64,000 nucleotides of DNA from Amoebidium appalachense (taxonomy: Eukaryota; Protista; Ichthyosporea): NCBI GenBank assembly GCA_963693365.1, contig CAVNZM010000005.1, positions 11,555,728-11,619,727 on the forward strand. The letters are read 5' to 3'. The position numbers were made by a program, and so were the translations under genes. Positions 22,934 through 34,577 of this stretch are shown here, in pieces. Position 1 is the first letter of the stretch; each line of letters starts with the position of its first letter. Under the pieces are notes generated by a model, which saw only the letters and a list, made by a program, of their open reading frames with translations, was not told the origin of the DNA and made no database searches.

Positions 22934-25543
22934 CACACACACACACAGGCACTAAAATGCGGCAAGGTTGTGGCCAGTCCACGCTGGTTGGAAGATGTGG
23001 CTGTGGTTGGGTTCCACTTTGCCCCCTATGCCCCCCACCACAACCCCATGCCTCGCACACCAATACCAGAAGCCCTGACAATGGTAGGTGACTGAATGTT
23101 TTCGTGGGGGTTTCGTTGTGGTCAATTCTTTTGTTTTGTTTGGGTGTTGTGGGCACTGCATGCTCCTGTGGTCATTGTGTTGGGGTCTCCAAGGGGTTTT
23201 GACGTCGTTGCATGCTACCTGTTATGTCCCTCGCCTGATAAGGTTCTAGTGCCTACAGCCAAAAACAAAACAGAGAATGAAAACAAAGGGATAAAGACAA
23301 GGTGTGTGTATCTGTGGGGATGGGGATTGTTTTTGGCGTGGGGGGAGGGGGGGGGGGAGGGGGGGGGGACGGAAAGCGAGAGAGAGATGGTGGCGCCGGG
23401 GGGGGGGGGGGGGGGGGGGGGAGAAGGGGGGGGGGGGGAGGGGGGGGGGTAGCATACAAGCAGTTTGTTACTGTATGCTGTTGGCACGGTAGACAAATGC
23501 AGACCTTCATAGGCATCTATTATTTATTGGATTTTTGGGGGTGTCCTGTGGCCACTGACAGTTCGATGTACAGAAAATCACGCTGAGTGGCTACACAAAG
23601 AGGCTGAGAAACAACCTGCAGTGGATGATCAGCCACATGGGTGGGGAGTACATGGGGGCCCTCGAGAAGAACGTCACCACACACCTGGTCTGCAAGAGGT
23701 GACACCCCCTCCTTCTCCCCCCCCCCCCCCCCCCCCCCCCCCGGAAAGAACGTCACCACACACCTGGTCTGCAAGAGGTGACACCCCCTCCTTCCCCCCC
23801 CCCCCCCCCCCCAACATACACCGTCTGCAACACTGCACCAAAAGACATTGTTGCACAACACCTTGCATTTCTCAAAACACATGACATAAAAGGCACACCA
23901 GGACGTCGCACTGCACGCTTGCCCACATTTCAGGCCATAGTTAAAATGCACAAAACACCACCCACCTTCCGTTTCATTGCCAACTCCTCTGCCACATCAC
24001 TTGAACCTCTCTCCCGCCTTCTCACTAGTGTGTTTAAGTTCGTCTCCCCTGATGTCGAACGTATGTGGTGTGATGTTGTCAAACCCCACCTGCCACACAA
24101 CACTAGCTCTTGGATTCTCACGGATAGCACCGCACTCACACACACAATCAACGCCCTTAACCGTACCACACGCCAACACGAAAATACGCCCGTGTCTGTG
24201 TTTGATTTTTCCACACTCTACACCAAGATTGACTTGCATGATTTGAAAGCTCGCCTCACTACACTGATTGACGCAATATTTGTCAAAAAATGCACGGACG
24301 CTCGCAAACCACACATGTTTATTAAGAAAACCGGCTCCACGTTGTCCTGGGTGGATCGTATAGATGATGATTCCCAGGATGATTCCTTTGAGCCTAAAGA
24401 ACACTCTCTACATCTCTCTAAGGCACAGCTTGTGGATTTTCTATGTTTCCTCGTAGATAACATATATGTTGTGTTTGGCGATACCCTCTACAAACAGGAC
24501 ATTGGTATCCCCATGGGTACAAACTGTGCTGTTTTCTTGGCTAATTTCTATCTCTTTACTTATGAGTTGGATTTTGTTCGCAAGCTTATTGCACACGAAC
24601 GCATTGATGTCTTGGTAGATTTTCAGTTTACTCGCCGCTACATAGATGATTTGATCTCCCTTCATAATCCTCGCATTCTCTCCCACCTCTATTTAGAAGA
24701 TTGTGATTTCGGTCTATATCCCAAGACCAGCCTTCAACTCAACCCTGCCGGTTCCTCCCCCTCTGTCCCCTACCTCGACTTGCATATCACCTGCACTAAT
24801 CACGGCATTCACACAACCATCTACAACAAGCTCGACACACCCACGTTCAATACACTAGACATCGTTCGTTTCCCACATCACGACTCATTCATCTCCCGCA
24901 CTGCAAAATACGGCATCATGACAAGTCAAATGCATAGCTACCAGCGCAAATGCTCCACACTTGCTGCATTCACCACATGCACTGCACGACTTGCTAAAAC
25001 ATTGCTTAACAAAGGCTACTCGTTTAGACTCTTGCACCACAAAATGCACAGCTTTCTCGCCACACACCCGCACATATACCGTGGCGTTCACTCCTCTCAC
25101 ATACTCTCCATCATCACTAAAAAGATCAACACTCCCTAGTCCCCCACTCTATCCCGGTTCCCCCCCCCCCCCCCCCCCTCCCCCCCCCCTACCAGCCCCT
25201 ACACCCTCCCCCCCCCCCCCCCCCCTCCCCCCCCCTCCCTCTCTCTCTCCCTCTCTCTCTCCCTCTCCCTCTCTCTCCCTCCCTCTCTCTCTCTCTGTCT
25301 CCCTCTCTCGCTCTCTTTCGTTCTCTCTCGTTCTCTCCCTCCCTCTCTCTCTCTCTCCCTCTCCCCCTCTCTCCCCCCTCTCCCCCCCTTCCCCTCCCCC
25401 CCCCCCCCCCCCCCCTCTCTCTCTCCCCCCGCTCCTTTTCCCAAACAATTCCCCCGCCGTTCTTCTTTCTCAGCCGGCTAGGTTTTTTGGGTTGCCTGGT
25501 AAGTTTTGAAATGGAGGTCTCGTCTCTGATCTGTCCACCACAG

Positions 25544-25582
<39 letters not shown>

Positions 25583-25608
25583 CCCCTCCCTCCCTCCCCT
25601 CCCTTCCC

Positions 25609-25654
<46 letters not shown>

Positions 25655-26187
25655 TTTTTTTTTTTTTTTTTTTTTTCCCCTTCTCCTCCCCCCCCCCCCC
25701 CCCTTCCCCTCCTACCTTCTTTTTCCCCCCCCCCTTTCCCCCCCCCCCCCCCCCCCCCTGGCCAAACCCTGTATACACTCTTCTCATCAGCAGGTCTCTA
25801 ACCCACTCTGCAGAACGTTTTACGCATTTCTCCCCTCGGAGAACTTGGTCGTTGGTGCGTTTTTGTCTGACATCTAACGACTCTGCAGGGTCCCCTGAGA
25901 CTACTGACACTCTAACATTCCCTCCCCTCTCTTACTTCCCCCCCCCCCCCCTCCCCCTTTCCCTCCTCCTTCCCCTCCCATTTTCTCTGCACACCCAACA
26001 GGTCTTAACCAGATCTGCACATCGTTAGTCACAATCTTCTCACATATATGAGAGAATGATCGTATTGGTACGATTTGTCTAATATCTGACGATTCTGCAG
26101 CATCCCTAAGACCCCCCTCCCCCCTCCCCCTCCCCCCTCCCCCCCCCCCCCCCCCCCACCTTCTCTCTCTCTCTCCCCTCCTCCCTC

Positions 26188-26284
<97 letters not shown>

Positions 26285-26289
26285 TTCCT

Positions 26290-26326
<37 letters not shown>

Positions 26327-26387
26327 GCGCCTGTTGTTTTGCTTGTCATTTGTTGTTCTGGTTGATTACCTGTAATCTTCGCTTATT

Positions 26388-26424
<37 letters not shown>

Positions 26425-28011
26425 TGTGCGGGGTTGCACATACCGGTGTCTACTTTTCTTCTTACTGTTTTTCTCTCCACACACTTCATCTGTCCACTTC
26501 TGCATACCCCCTTTCATAGCTATAGACACACTTCACACATTGCGTTACGCGCACGCATGCACACACCGCTCTGTTGGCGACAGCTCCCTTGGAACCCATG
26601 CGGCATGTTACCCGCCGGCGTAACATAACTCGGACTATCGGTTTGGCTTTTTTCAAGCCCAAAGCAATGGGTGATACCATATTTCCGGCTGACATCCGGG
26701 GGCATAGCTTTCCGTTCGAAGACGATAAAGTTCCGCCCTAGTAAGCGTATTACTACCCTGCGGCGTGGGTCAAATCTCATATTTTCCCCTCTGATTACGA
26801 ATTCTGTGGCCTTCGGGACTTAATTCTTTTCAGCTGGTGTAGTATGTTAGCCAGGGAAGTATCGACTTAGGTATCGACGGGGGAGCTTCCTAGAAGCCCC
26901 GTCTCCTGAGTTCCTATCTATATTTTTCTTGCTTCTGCTTACTGCTGCAACTTTAACCCCCGGCCTTTCCCACTGCCCTTGCCTGCATAAGCAACCCTGC
27001 TCGTCTCTGATCAAGACGGGTGACCTACTCATGTTCAAGTGAAACAGTATCTGAGTTGGGTTTCGTTAACGAGGGGAATAGGTCGAAACTCGGGTACTGT
27101 GGATGACGTGGGCCCCCCCTGAGGATGGGCTCTGCTTATTATGCATACTCTTTATGTATGGCTTGCATTCTGCATCGTGTTATCCGTTTGTTCTTGTGTA
27201 CTTCGTACTTTTTGACGCATTCAAACCCCCCCCCCCCCCCCCCTCCCCCCGGGGCGCCTCCCCCTTCCCTCCACCGTCTCCCCATCTCTCCCCCCCTCCA
27301 CCCGTCACGAAGTACACACTGACTCATACACACAAGCCAACCACTATGTGATGCCCTTCTCTCCCTTAAGTCACGCAAAGTTCGGGCTTTTCTTCCCTTC
27401 CTCTATGAAGAAGAGTGAGAGAGGGTGGCCGGGCAAAGAGGGGGGGGGGGGGGGGGGGGGGGGACCTGGGAAATCTGGGTTTTGGGGGGCTTTATCTTTT
27501 TTGGTGGAGGGGGGAAGGGGAGGGGAGGGGGGAAGGGGGAGGGGGGGCAGGATACAATTAGACTCCCCCGTTTGCAAACATAGTGTAATGCCAGCAATTT
27601 GTTTACCAGTATATATTCCATCTCCGAGTGCCATATCTTCCTTCTGTAGGTACCCTATCTTCGACTGCATGACATGCTATGCTCACACACCACCCTCACG
27701 CACATGCGCACAGTGCTACAGGCGAGAAGTACCTGCGTGCACAGGAGTGGGGCATACCGACCATCAGCCACCAGTGGCTGGAGGACAGTTTCCGCCAGTG
27801 GCACATGCAGCCCACAGCAAAGTACACAAGTCTGCCTGGGGATGGGTTTGAGCCTCCAATACCGGCACCGGCACCATTCCCCCGGGCACATGTGGAGAGA
27901 GGTAAGGGGGGGCTGCCGTATAGGTTACGGTGTTTGTTTGAATTGGTTGGTTTTTGTTGGTGTTTTTGGTGGTGGTGGTGGGGGTGGTGGTGGGGGGGGG
28001 TTTGGGGGGAA

Positions 28012-28045
<34 letters not shown>

Positions 28046-28581
28046 AGCAAGAAGGGAATGGGTGGGGTTAGGGTGGAAAAGTGAGAGAAAGGGGGGGGGG
28101 GGACGAGGGGAGTGGTTGTTTGTACCTAAGTGCCTATAGCTATGCCGTTTTTGGTCGTGCGTTCTGATGATTTGACACTTTTTGCCTTTTTTCCTATGCA
28201 GATGCAACATCTATGAGCTCCCCACCAACCAAAAGGAGAAAGCTCACGCAGGAGCCAGGCTCACAGCAGGTACGTGTTGATTATCCAAAAAGGGTTTCTT
28301 ATCTCGTGTCATCTCCGCTCCCCTCCCCTCCCCTCCCCCCCCTCCCCCCAAGGATAAAAGAAAAGGGTATTAAATTGCTGTCGCTTGAGCACAACCCACC
28401 ACATACTAACAACAATCAATAACAATCCCCCCCCCCCCCCCCCTCCCCTTCCCGCCCTTGGGGCAGCTCTAATTAGGATGCATACCCGTGATGCGTATGT
28501 CGTGCTCTGTAAAGCATTCTGACCTTTGCCCCCCCCCCCCCCCCCCCCCCCCCCACCCCCCCCCACCCCCCCCCCCCCCCC

Positions 28582-28666
<85 letters not shown>

Positions 28667-29970
28667 TCCTGCCCCCGCCCCCCAGGATTCCTTGCAACAA
28701 GCATCCCAGCCAGTCGCGTCAGTCCCAACCCCTCACCAACCTTCCCAGACACAATCAAAACCGACTCCCCCTGCTGCCACCCCGCTGCCCACGCCGCAAG
28801 CAACACCCAAATCCTCGTCGGTTACTACACAAACCCCGGCCGGCTTGATACGAAAACCTTCACCGGTTCCAACACAGACACCGGCCGGCCTCTCCCGAAT
28901 TCCTTCGGCCACCACACAAACACCGGGTTCAACACAAACACCTGCCGGCCTAGCACGGAAAGTCTCACCGGCACCAACAGAAACACCGGCCGGCCCCACA
29001 CGAAAAAATTCACCTGCACCAACACAAACACCCGCAAGCCTAACACGAAAACCCTCGGAGCAAAGTTCACAACCAAAGCCAGTAGCTACACGAAAACCGT
29101 CAGAGCGTGACACCGAACCACGAACCCCCCCTCCCCATACACGCAACCTCAGAGACTGACTCCCAACAACCACCACCAGTACCAATAAATACGTCGATAT
29201 TATCAATGACGCCCGAGGTTTCAACAGAGCCACGCACTTTTACACCTGTTCCAAGTGATATGCCGAAAGCAAAAACTGCGGAGGTGACCACCGTACGAAA
29301 ACCATCTGAGGAGATACAACAATCAAAAACGCCATCGGAAACCGAATTGGCGAACTTGCCTTCAGATGGGAAAACGATGTTGTCGGCAAAGAAAACTGTA
29401 ATTCCCACTAGTGATCAGAAAGCAACAGTGAAATCGGCAACCACAGGAACGGGAAGAAAAACACCCACCCCCTTGCAGCAGACCCCTACAACTGCAACAA
29501 AAGAAAAAGTGTCGCCGAAACCGCCCCAGTCAGAGCAGGCAATTGGTGTTGGAGATGGTAAGAGATCAGTGACACCCAAACCAACGGGGAAAATCCTGAA
29601 AACAGCCGCTGCCATGGATGTTTTTTCGGAGGAAGCGACGCAAAGTCCGGTAAAATCAGCTCAAAAACCCACACCAAAGACTGGTGTAGTTGGTGCGCAG
29701 GCGGGGTCTGGAAAGAAAACACCCGTGAAGAAGGGAACACCGGCACAAAGTGGTGTAGCATCAGCGGAAAAACAACAAAAACCAGCCACTACGCCAGGGG
29801 GGAGGAAAAGGGCGGTGCACCGGTATTCCATTATGTTTACGGGTCTGGAACGGGCTGTGAAGAAACAACTGACAAAGGTAGGTGGGGGTATAGGAGATGG
29901 GTGTTTATGAAGAAAAATGAAAGTCGGAGAGGAGGATGGGTCCAGAGAACGGAAGGGTGTGTGTGTTTGT

Positions 29971-30019
<49 letters not shown>

Positions 30020-30153
30020 GGCAGGTCATTGCAACAGATGTATGGTAGGGCTGAAGGCATTTCGGGAAATGGGTGGCAGTGGTAATGTGTGCGTGTGTGT
30101 GTTTGGGGGGAAGGGGGGGGGGGGGGGGGGAGGGGGGGAAACAGGGGGCGGGG

Positions 30154-30193
<40 letters not shown>

Positions 30194-30745
30194 TTGTTTC
30201 TGCTAAACATGGCCACCCGGCATCACGTGTGTCTTGGGTTCATTTAAGGGTCGTTTTGCATGTGGAAACATGAGTGATAAACATGGGAGGAGATTTGCTT
30301 TGTAACAGCCATAATGCCTGTATTGTTGGCTAATGGTGGGTGGGCCAGGTGGTTGGGGACCTGAAAGGCACGGTGGTGGAAGATGCACTGCAGTGTAATA
30401 TCATGGTGGCAGACAGGGTCGGTGGTGGTTACGTGGTTGTGTGTGTACCTGTGGTGGTGGTGTGTGCGGCGGGGGGGAGGGGGGGAGGGGGATGTGTGGG
30501 CGTGTGGTGTGTGGGTGTTGGTGTGGGTCTGGGTGTGGGTGTACGTGTATGCTTGTGTGAATGGGTGGTGTTTGTGCAAGGCGGGAGAGAGGGTTCAGTG
30601 GGTGGGTGGGTGGGTGGGTGTGGTTAGGTGTGCCATGCATGTGCGTCCGTTGTGTTTCTTTTGTTCCCCACGAGCAGAGAGTAGAAGGGGGAAGGGGATC
30701 CCCATTGGGTGGGTGAGTGTGTGTGTGTGGGTGTGTATGCCTGTG

Positions 30746-30781
<36 letters not shown>

Positions 30782-31195
30782 AGGGGGAGGGAGGGAAGTG
30801 GGTTTAGTGGGTGGGGGTGCACGTGGGGGTGGATGGGTGTGCCATGCGTGTGTATACACGTGTGTCTGAGGGTGTGCCATGCGTGTGTCTGTGGGTGCAT
30901 GCGGTGCATGTCCACATGTGCATATTCTGTGTGTCGTGCGTGTGCGAGAAAACATGTCTCCAGGTGTGTGGCCATGTGGGTGGTTGGCATGCATATGGCA
31001 GGGTAAGCACGTGTCTGTGCGTGTGTGTGTATGTGTTTGTGTGTGCGCGCGCCCCTTGTCTGTGATTGTGTGTATGTGCTTGTCCTTAGTCCGCCCGGCT
31101 GGTTTGTGTTCAGGGAATTGTAATTGTGTGCACACCATGCTTGGGCTTTCCCTTCTTTGAACGTGGATAAAGCCACACGTGTGTGCGTGCACGTG

Positions 31196-31262
<67 letters not shown>

Positions 31263-32607
31263 TCACACACACAAGAGAGAGAGAGAGAGAGACAGAGACA
31301 GAAATACACGCACACACACAGTTGCACACACACACCATCTTTCTCCTTCCCCACTTGACCAGTAACAAATACCTAATCATTACATCGTGCAGATTGCCCG
31401 CACGGTCAAATTCCTGACTGCCATATCAGTATGTCACATGATAGTCACCCCTGCCTGGCTCACAGACAGCCAAAAGGCAGGTGCTTTTGTGGGTACGTGC
31501 ATCTCTCTCTCTCTCTCTCTCTCGCTCTCCCCCCCCCTCCCCCCCCTCCCTTCCACCTCTTTTTGCTCCCCATTTCTCTTGCACTTTTTCATTGTTCCTT
31601 CTTTTTTTGGTGCCGGTGTGTCTCTGTGCTTCGTGTCGTGTGATGCATTCAGGTCCCCTATTCCCCCTTCCCCCTCCCCCCACCCCACCCCCCTCTCCCC
31701 CACCCCCTCCCCCCTGCCCCATGTTGCACACTTTTTGCGTGTGCATCTGCCGGTCTCTTCTGCGTACAATGTAAAGCATTTACTGCCCTCCTTCCACGCG
31801 TGTCTTTCCCATTTTCCCTCCTTAGATTGGACCCTTAGCCTCGCATGAAGGTGCAAATTGGTATGCATTCATCTTTGTTTTTTTTGTCGCTCGCATGATT
31901 TGTGCATTAAGCCTGTTGTTCAACATCAGATCATGCTAGTTTACACTATTACTTTTTCTCAAGCTTGCTGCGTCTCTTCCGGGTGTTATGCGATGTTGTA
32001 CAACATTTCAGCAGTAAACTTAGCAGAATCTTTGTGTGTCGGTCCGTTCTATGTGTACAATTGTCCCCACGAACATAGTGTATTCAATATGTCCGATTGC
32101 CCATAAGCCATGATACCAGTATTACCATCTCTTAACTATCAGTCAACAATGCCCATCACCACCACTGTAGGTCTTCCATCTTTTAGTTGTTTGCATATAG
32201 TAAGATGTTCCTATCCCTTTCCCATATCAAATGTATGAGCTTTACCTACACCTACCAGTCACTTCACTAATACATCATGCAGACCCCACACCCTATGCCC
32301 TTGTAGATGTGGCTGCAGAAGAAAAGTTTGGCTTCCGCCTCAACGACTCACTCCAGAGAGCTGCAACGACCAAGGTGTGCTTTCTTTCTTTGCCATATTT
32401 GCTTTCCCCCCCCCCCCCCCCCCCCCCCTTTTCCTTCTCCTTCAAACGTGTTATGATGTAGAACATATGGAGAGTCGACTGGTTGAGATAGAGGGCTATG
32501 TAGAACACATAGGAACTATAGCCAGGGGAGACATTTGTGTATGCATTTCGGCCTGAGTTGGGCACAGGAAGGGTCCATTTTGGAGTTGGCCATAAAAAAC
32601 CGGGGGA

Positions 32608-32644
<37 letters not shown>

Positions 32645-33062
32645 ACACTATTGAGTCGGCACGCATTATGCCTCTCTCTGTGCATTCAACCCCTTCCCCT
32701 CCCCCCTTCCCCCCTCCCCCTCCCCCTCCCTCCCCCCCCCCCCCCCCCCCCCCAATTCCAGGCACACGCACAAGCACATACACATAAGACCCAGCCCACC
32801 CGCCAACCACCACCAACACTTGCTTTCCTCGCTGTGGCTGCAGACAGAGAAGACAGTTACCAGTTATTTGCTCATGCAGACACCCTCTAATGCCACCAAC
32901 AGGTAAATAGGCATCAGATAGGGCCTGTATGGGTAGTCACTGACCCACCGCCCAGGTTCTAGCAGGCATGACTGTGTACATAACCCCCAACGTCATCCCC
33001 CCCTCAAGGACATGCGCACTATGGTTGAGGCTGCAGGTGCAAAGGTGACATACCCCCTTCCT

Positions 33063-33093
<31 letters not shown>

Positions 33094-34370
33094 GCCCCTC
33101 TCTCCCCCCCAAACACACACACACACACACACACATACACACCATCACCACCACAATCACCACCACCACAACCACACACACAAACAAAAATTTGCTCGGC
33201 CTCTTTCCTTCCTCTCTCACTCCTTCAATCCCTCCCCCCCCTCCAAAAAAAAATATCCCCAGGGGAGGGGGGGGGACAAGAAAACTATTCCTGCCTACCT
33301 ACCAACCCCCCCCCCCCCCCCCCCCCCCCCCCCGTATGCCCTCTCATCCCTTTTGCCCCCATGGCTGCCCTGCAATGCTAGTTGCTGATATGTTTGAAGG
33401 ATCCTGGGCTCCATAGACATCATTACTGCCTCTAGGTGAACGACCGAGCACCCACGCCTTCCACCATTACTCTTTCTATCTCCACAAACACATGCCATGT
33501 GCCTAACTGTGACCATTGCTAACCTCGTTCTCTCTACAGGTGCTCGCCACACGACCCACCGAGCGCAGACTGGCCGAAAATGCCCCTTTTGCCACCCAGC
33601 AGCCTCTCGGTATACACGTGGTGGTGGCCTCACCTGAAGACATCCCGTATGACCCCTGATCCTTTCTCCCCCCTTCCACCCCCTCCCCCCCTCCCTTCCC
33701 CCCCCCCCTCCCCCCGTCCCCTCTCTCTTGCCCTCCCCCCACATTCCCTGCCTCAACCCCTTTCTCTCCATGCATTCTGCATATGACACTTTCAGTACCC
33801 TCCTCCTCCTCCTCCTCCCCCCCCCCCCCCCCCCTCTCTTCCCCTCGCTCGCCCTTCCCCCCGCGCCCCTTTCCCCCGCGCGCCCCCCCCTTCCCCCCCC
33901 CCCCCCCCCCTCCCCCCCCCCCCCCCCCCCCCTCTTCACCCTTTGTCCTAACCCCTTGAAATGTGACCGAGAAAGCTTGTTTCATTGCACCATGATGACA
34001 CAAGAGTTGGCCATTAGAATGGGGGGGATGTGCATTTGTGCTCATAATGGCTGCATTGGTCTCGCTGGTGGCTTTTTTTGGCCGTAGAATGGGTCGGACA
34101 GGCGCTGGTGTAGGAGACAAGCAAATTGTGCAACTGGAGTATTCGGTGGTGGGGGGGTGGAGCACACTTTACTTTAAGGGGGGGGGGGGGGGGGGGGAGG
34201 GGGGGGGGGGGGGGGAGGGGGGAGGGGGGGGGGGGGGGGGCTACATTCGAGGTGATCATAGCCTAGTTGTACATCCCATGCTTCGTGTATTTGCTGAAGA
34301 AAGTGCCTGGGGGGAGAGGGGGGGATGTGATAAGAAAAGTTTGACTCACGATTTTCAAGTAGTCATTGAG

Positions 34371-34408
<38 letters not shown>

Positions 34409-34577
34409 TTCTGCTCACGTAGAGAGCATAGTCTCACCGGCAGACGGCGGGGTTGCAGGGGGCTTGAGATGGATCTGTCCAGGGTGGGGATCTTTTCACC
34501 AGAACTGGTGCTGTCCAGCCTACTGACACAGAGGGTGGACTTCACTGCATATCCACTTAATTCTAAATTTTTAATGG
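17363..34577 (+). CDS. Six-BRCT DNA-damage scaffold protein (PTIP/PAXIP1 - Rtt107/Brc1-like)
   Basis: Exons 17363-17431, 18016-18159, 19155-19204, 19587-19656, 20554-20667, 21615-22014, 22519-22586, 22949-23083, 23574-23698, 27714-27901, 28202-28269, 28686-29877, 30349-30417, 31393-31492, 32283-32374, 32956-33044, 33540-33647 and ~34444-34577 (last boundaries approximate). Four N-terminal BRCTs (e.g. CTHLVLLRAEG|EKYEAA..IVSPMWVIESC; THLVCK|SATGEKY..ISHQWLEDS), then a T/P/K-rich linker and a C-terminal tandem BRCT (IMFTG...IARTVKFLTAIS..IVTPAWL...FSPELVLSSLLTQ). One apparent +1 frameshift near 29125-29131. Confidence 0.88.
23667..23794 (+). repeat. 49-bp tandem duplication of an exon end and splice donor at the 5' junction of the retroelement
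   Basis: AAGAACGTCACCACACACCTGGTCTGCAAGAGGTGACACCCCCTCCTTC at 23667-23715 and 23746-23794, each followed by poly(C). Confidence 0.95.
23778..25139 (+). CDS. Penelope-like element reverse transcriptase (5'-truncated at ~23813, open frame, no C-terminal GIY-YIG)
   Basis: RT motifs in order: KMHKTPPTFRFIA, FDFSTLYTKI, YKQDIGIPMGTNCAVFLANFYL, RYIDDL, PYLDLHI, then a PLE thumb (TTIYNK...FPHHDSFI...YGIMTSQ...LLNKGY). The listed start is a GTG in duplicated host sequence; element sequence begins after poly(C). GIPMGTNCA and a stop right after the thumb resemble Naiad/Chlamys-type PLEs, whose endonuclease is N-terminal. Confidence 0.9.
   Translation: MTPPPSPPPPPPTYTVCNTAPKDIVAQHLAFLKTHDIKGTPGRRTARLPTFQAIVKMHKTPPTFRFIANSSATSLEPLSRLLTSVFKFVSPDVERMWCDVVKPHLPHNTSSWILTDSTALTHTINALNRTTRQHENTPVSVFDFSTLYTKIDLHDLKARLTTLIDAIFVKKCTDARKPHMFIKKTGSTLSWVDRIDDDSQDDSFEPKEHSLHLSKAQLVDFLCFLVDNIYVVFGDTLYKQDIGIPMGTNCAVFLANFYLFTYELDFVRKLIAHERIDVLVDFQFTRRYIDDLISLHNPRILSHLYLEDCDFGLYPKTSLQLNPAGSSPSVPYLDLHITCTNHGIHTTIYNKLDTPTFNTLDIVRFPHHDSFISRTAKYGIMTSQMHSYQRKCSTLAAFTTCTARLAKTLLNKGYSFRLLHHKMHSFLATHPHIYRGVHSSHILSIITKKINTP
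23813..27225 (+). mobile_element. Penelope-like retroelement inserted in an intron of the BRCT gene, bounded by poly(C)
   Basis: RT ORF plus about 2 kb of hairpin-rich non-coding sequence ending ...TTTTTGACGCATTCAAA(C)n. The same 3' end recurs at 49009-49112. That the whole span is one element rather than nested insertions is inferred. Confidence 0.65.
26987..27139 (+). ncRNA. Structured RNA domain (K-turn + pseudoknot; ribozyme candidate), copy B
   Basis: Helices ATAAGCA/TGCTTAT, GCTCGTCT/AGACGGGT, GACCTA/TAGGTC and ACAGTATCTGAGTT/AACTCGGGTACTGT, plus a tandem GA/GA with 3-nt bulge. All are preserved in 3463-3618 (minus strand), most by compensatory changes. Confidence 0.65.

Noticed and set aside
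27022-27089. HDV-like ribozyme or group I intron core
   Set aside because: The GGG-hairpin-GAA-stem layout is superficially similar, but there is no catalytic C, no P3/L3 and no upstream P1/P3 partner conserved in both copies.
27028-27112. SECIS element interpretation of the GA/GA stem
   Set aside because: The UGAA/GGAN core fits, but the upper helix is about 14 bp, the apical AA is replaced by GGG, and the visible RT has no in-frame UGA. Treated as a generic K-turn; revisit if full-length copies have in-frame TGA.
29120-29135. Frameshift in the BRCT gene as pseudogenisation or programmed frameshift
   Set aside because: The exon is 1192 nt (3n+1), the shift maps near a C7 run and all other exons are intact. 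A homopolymer sequencing error is most likely.
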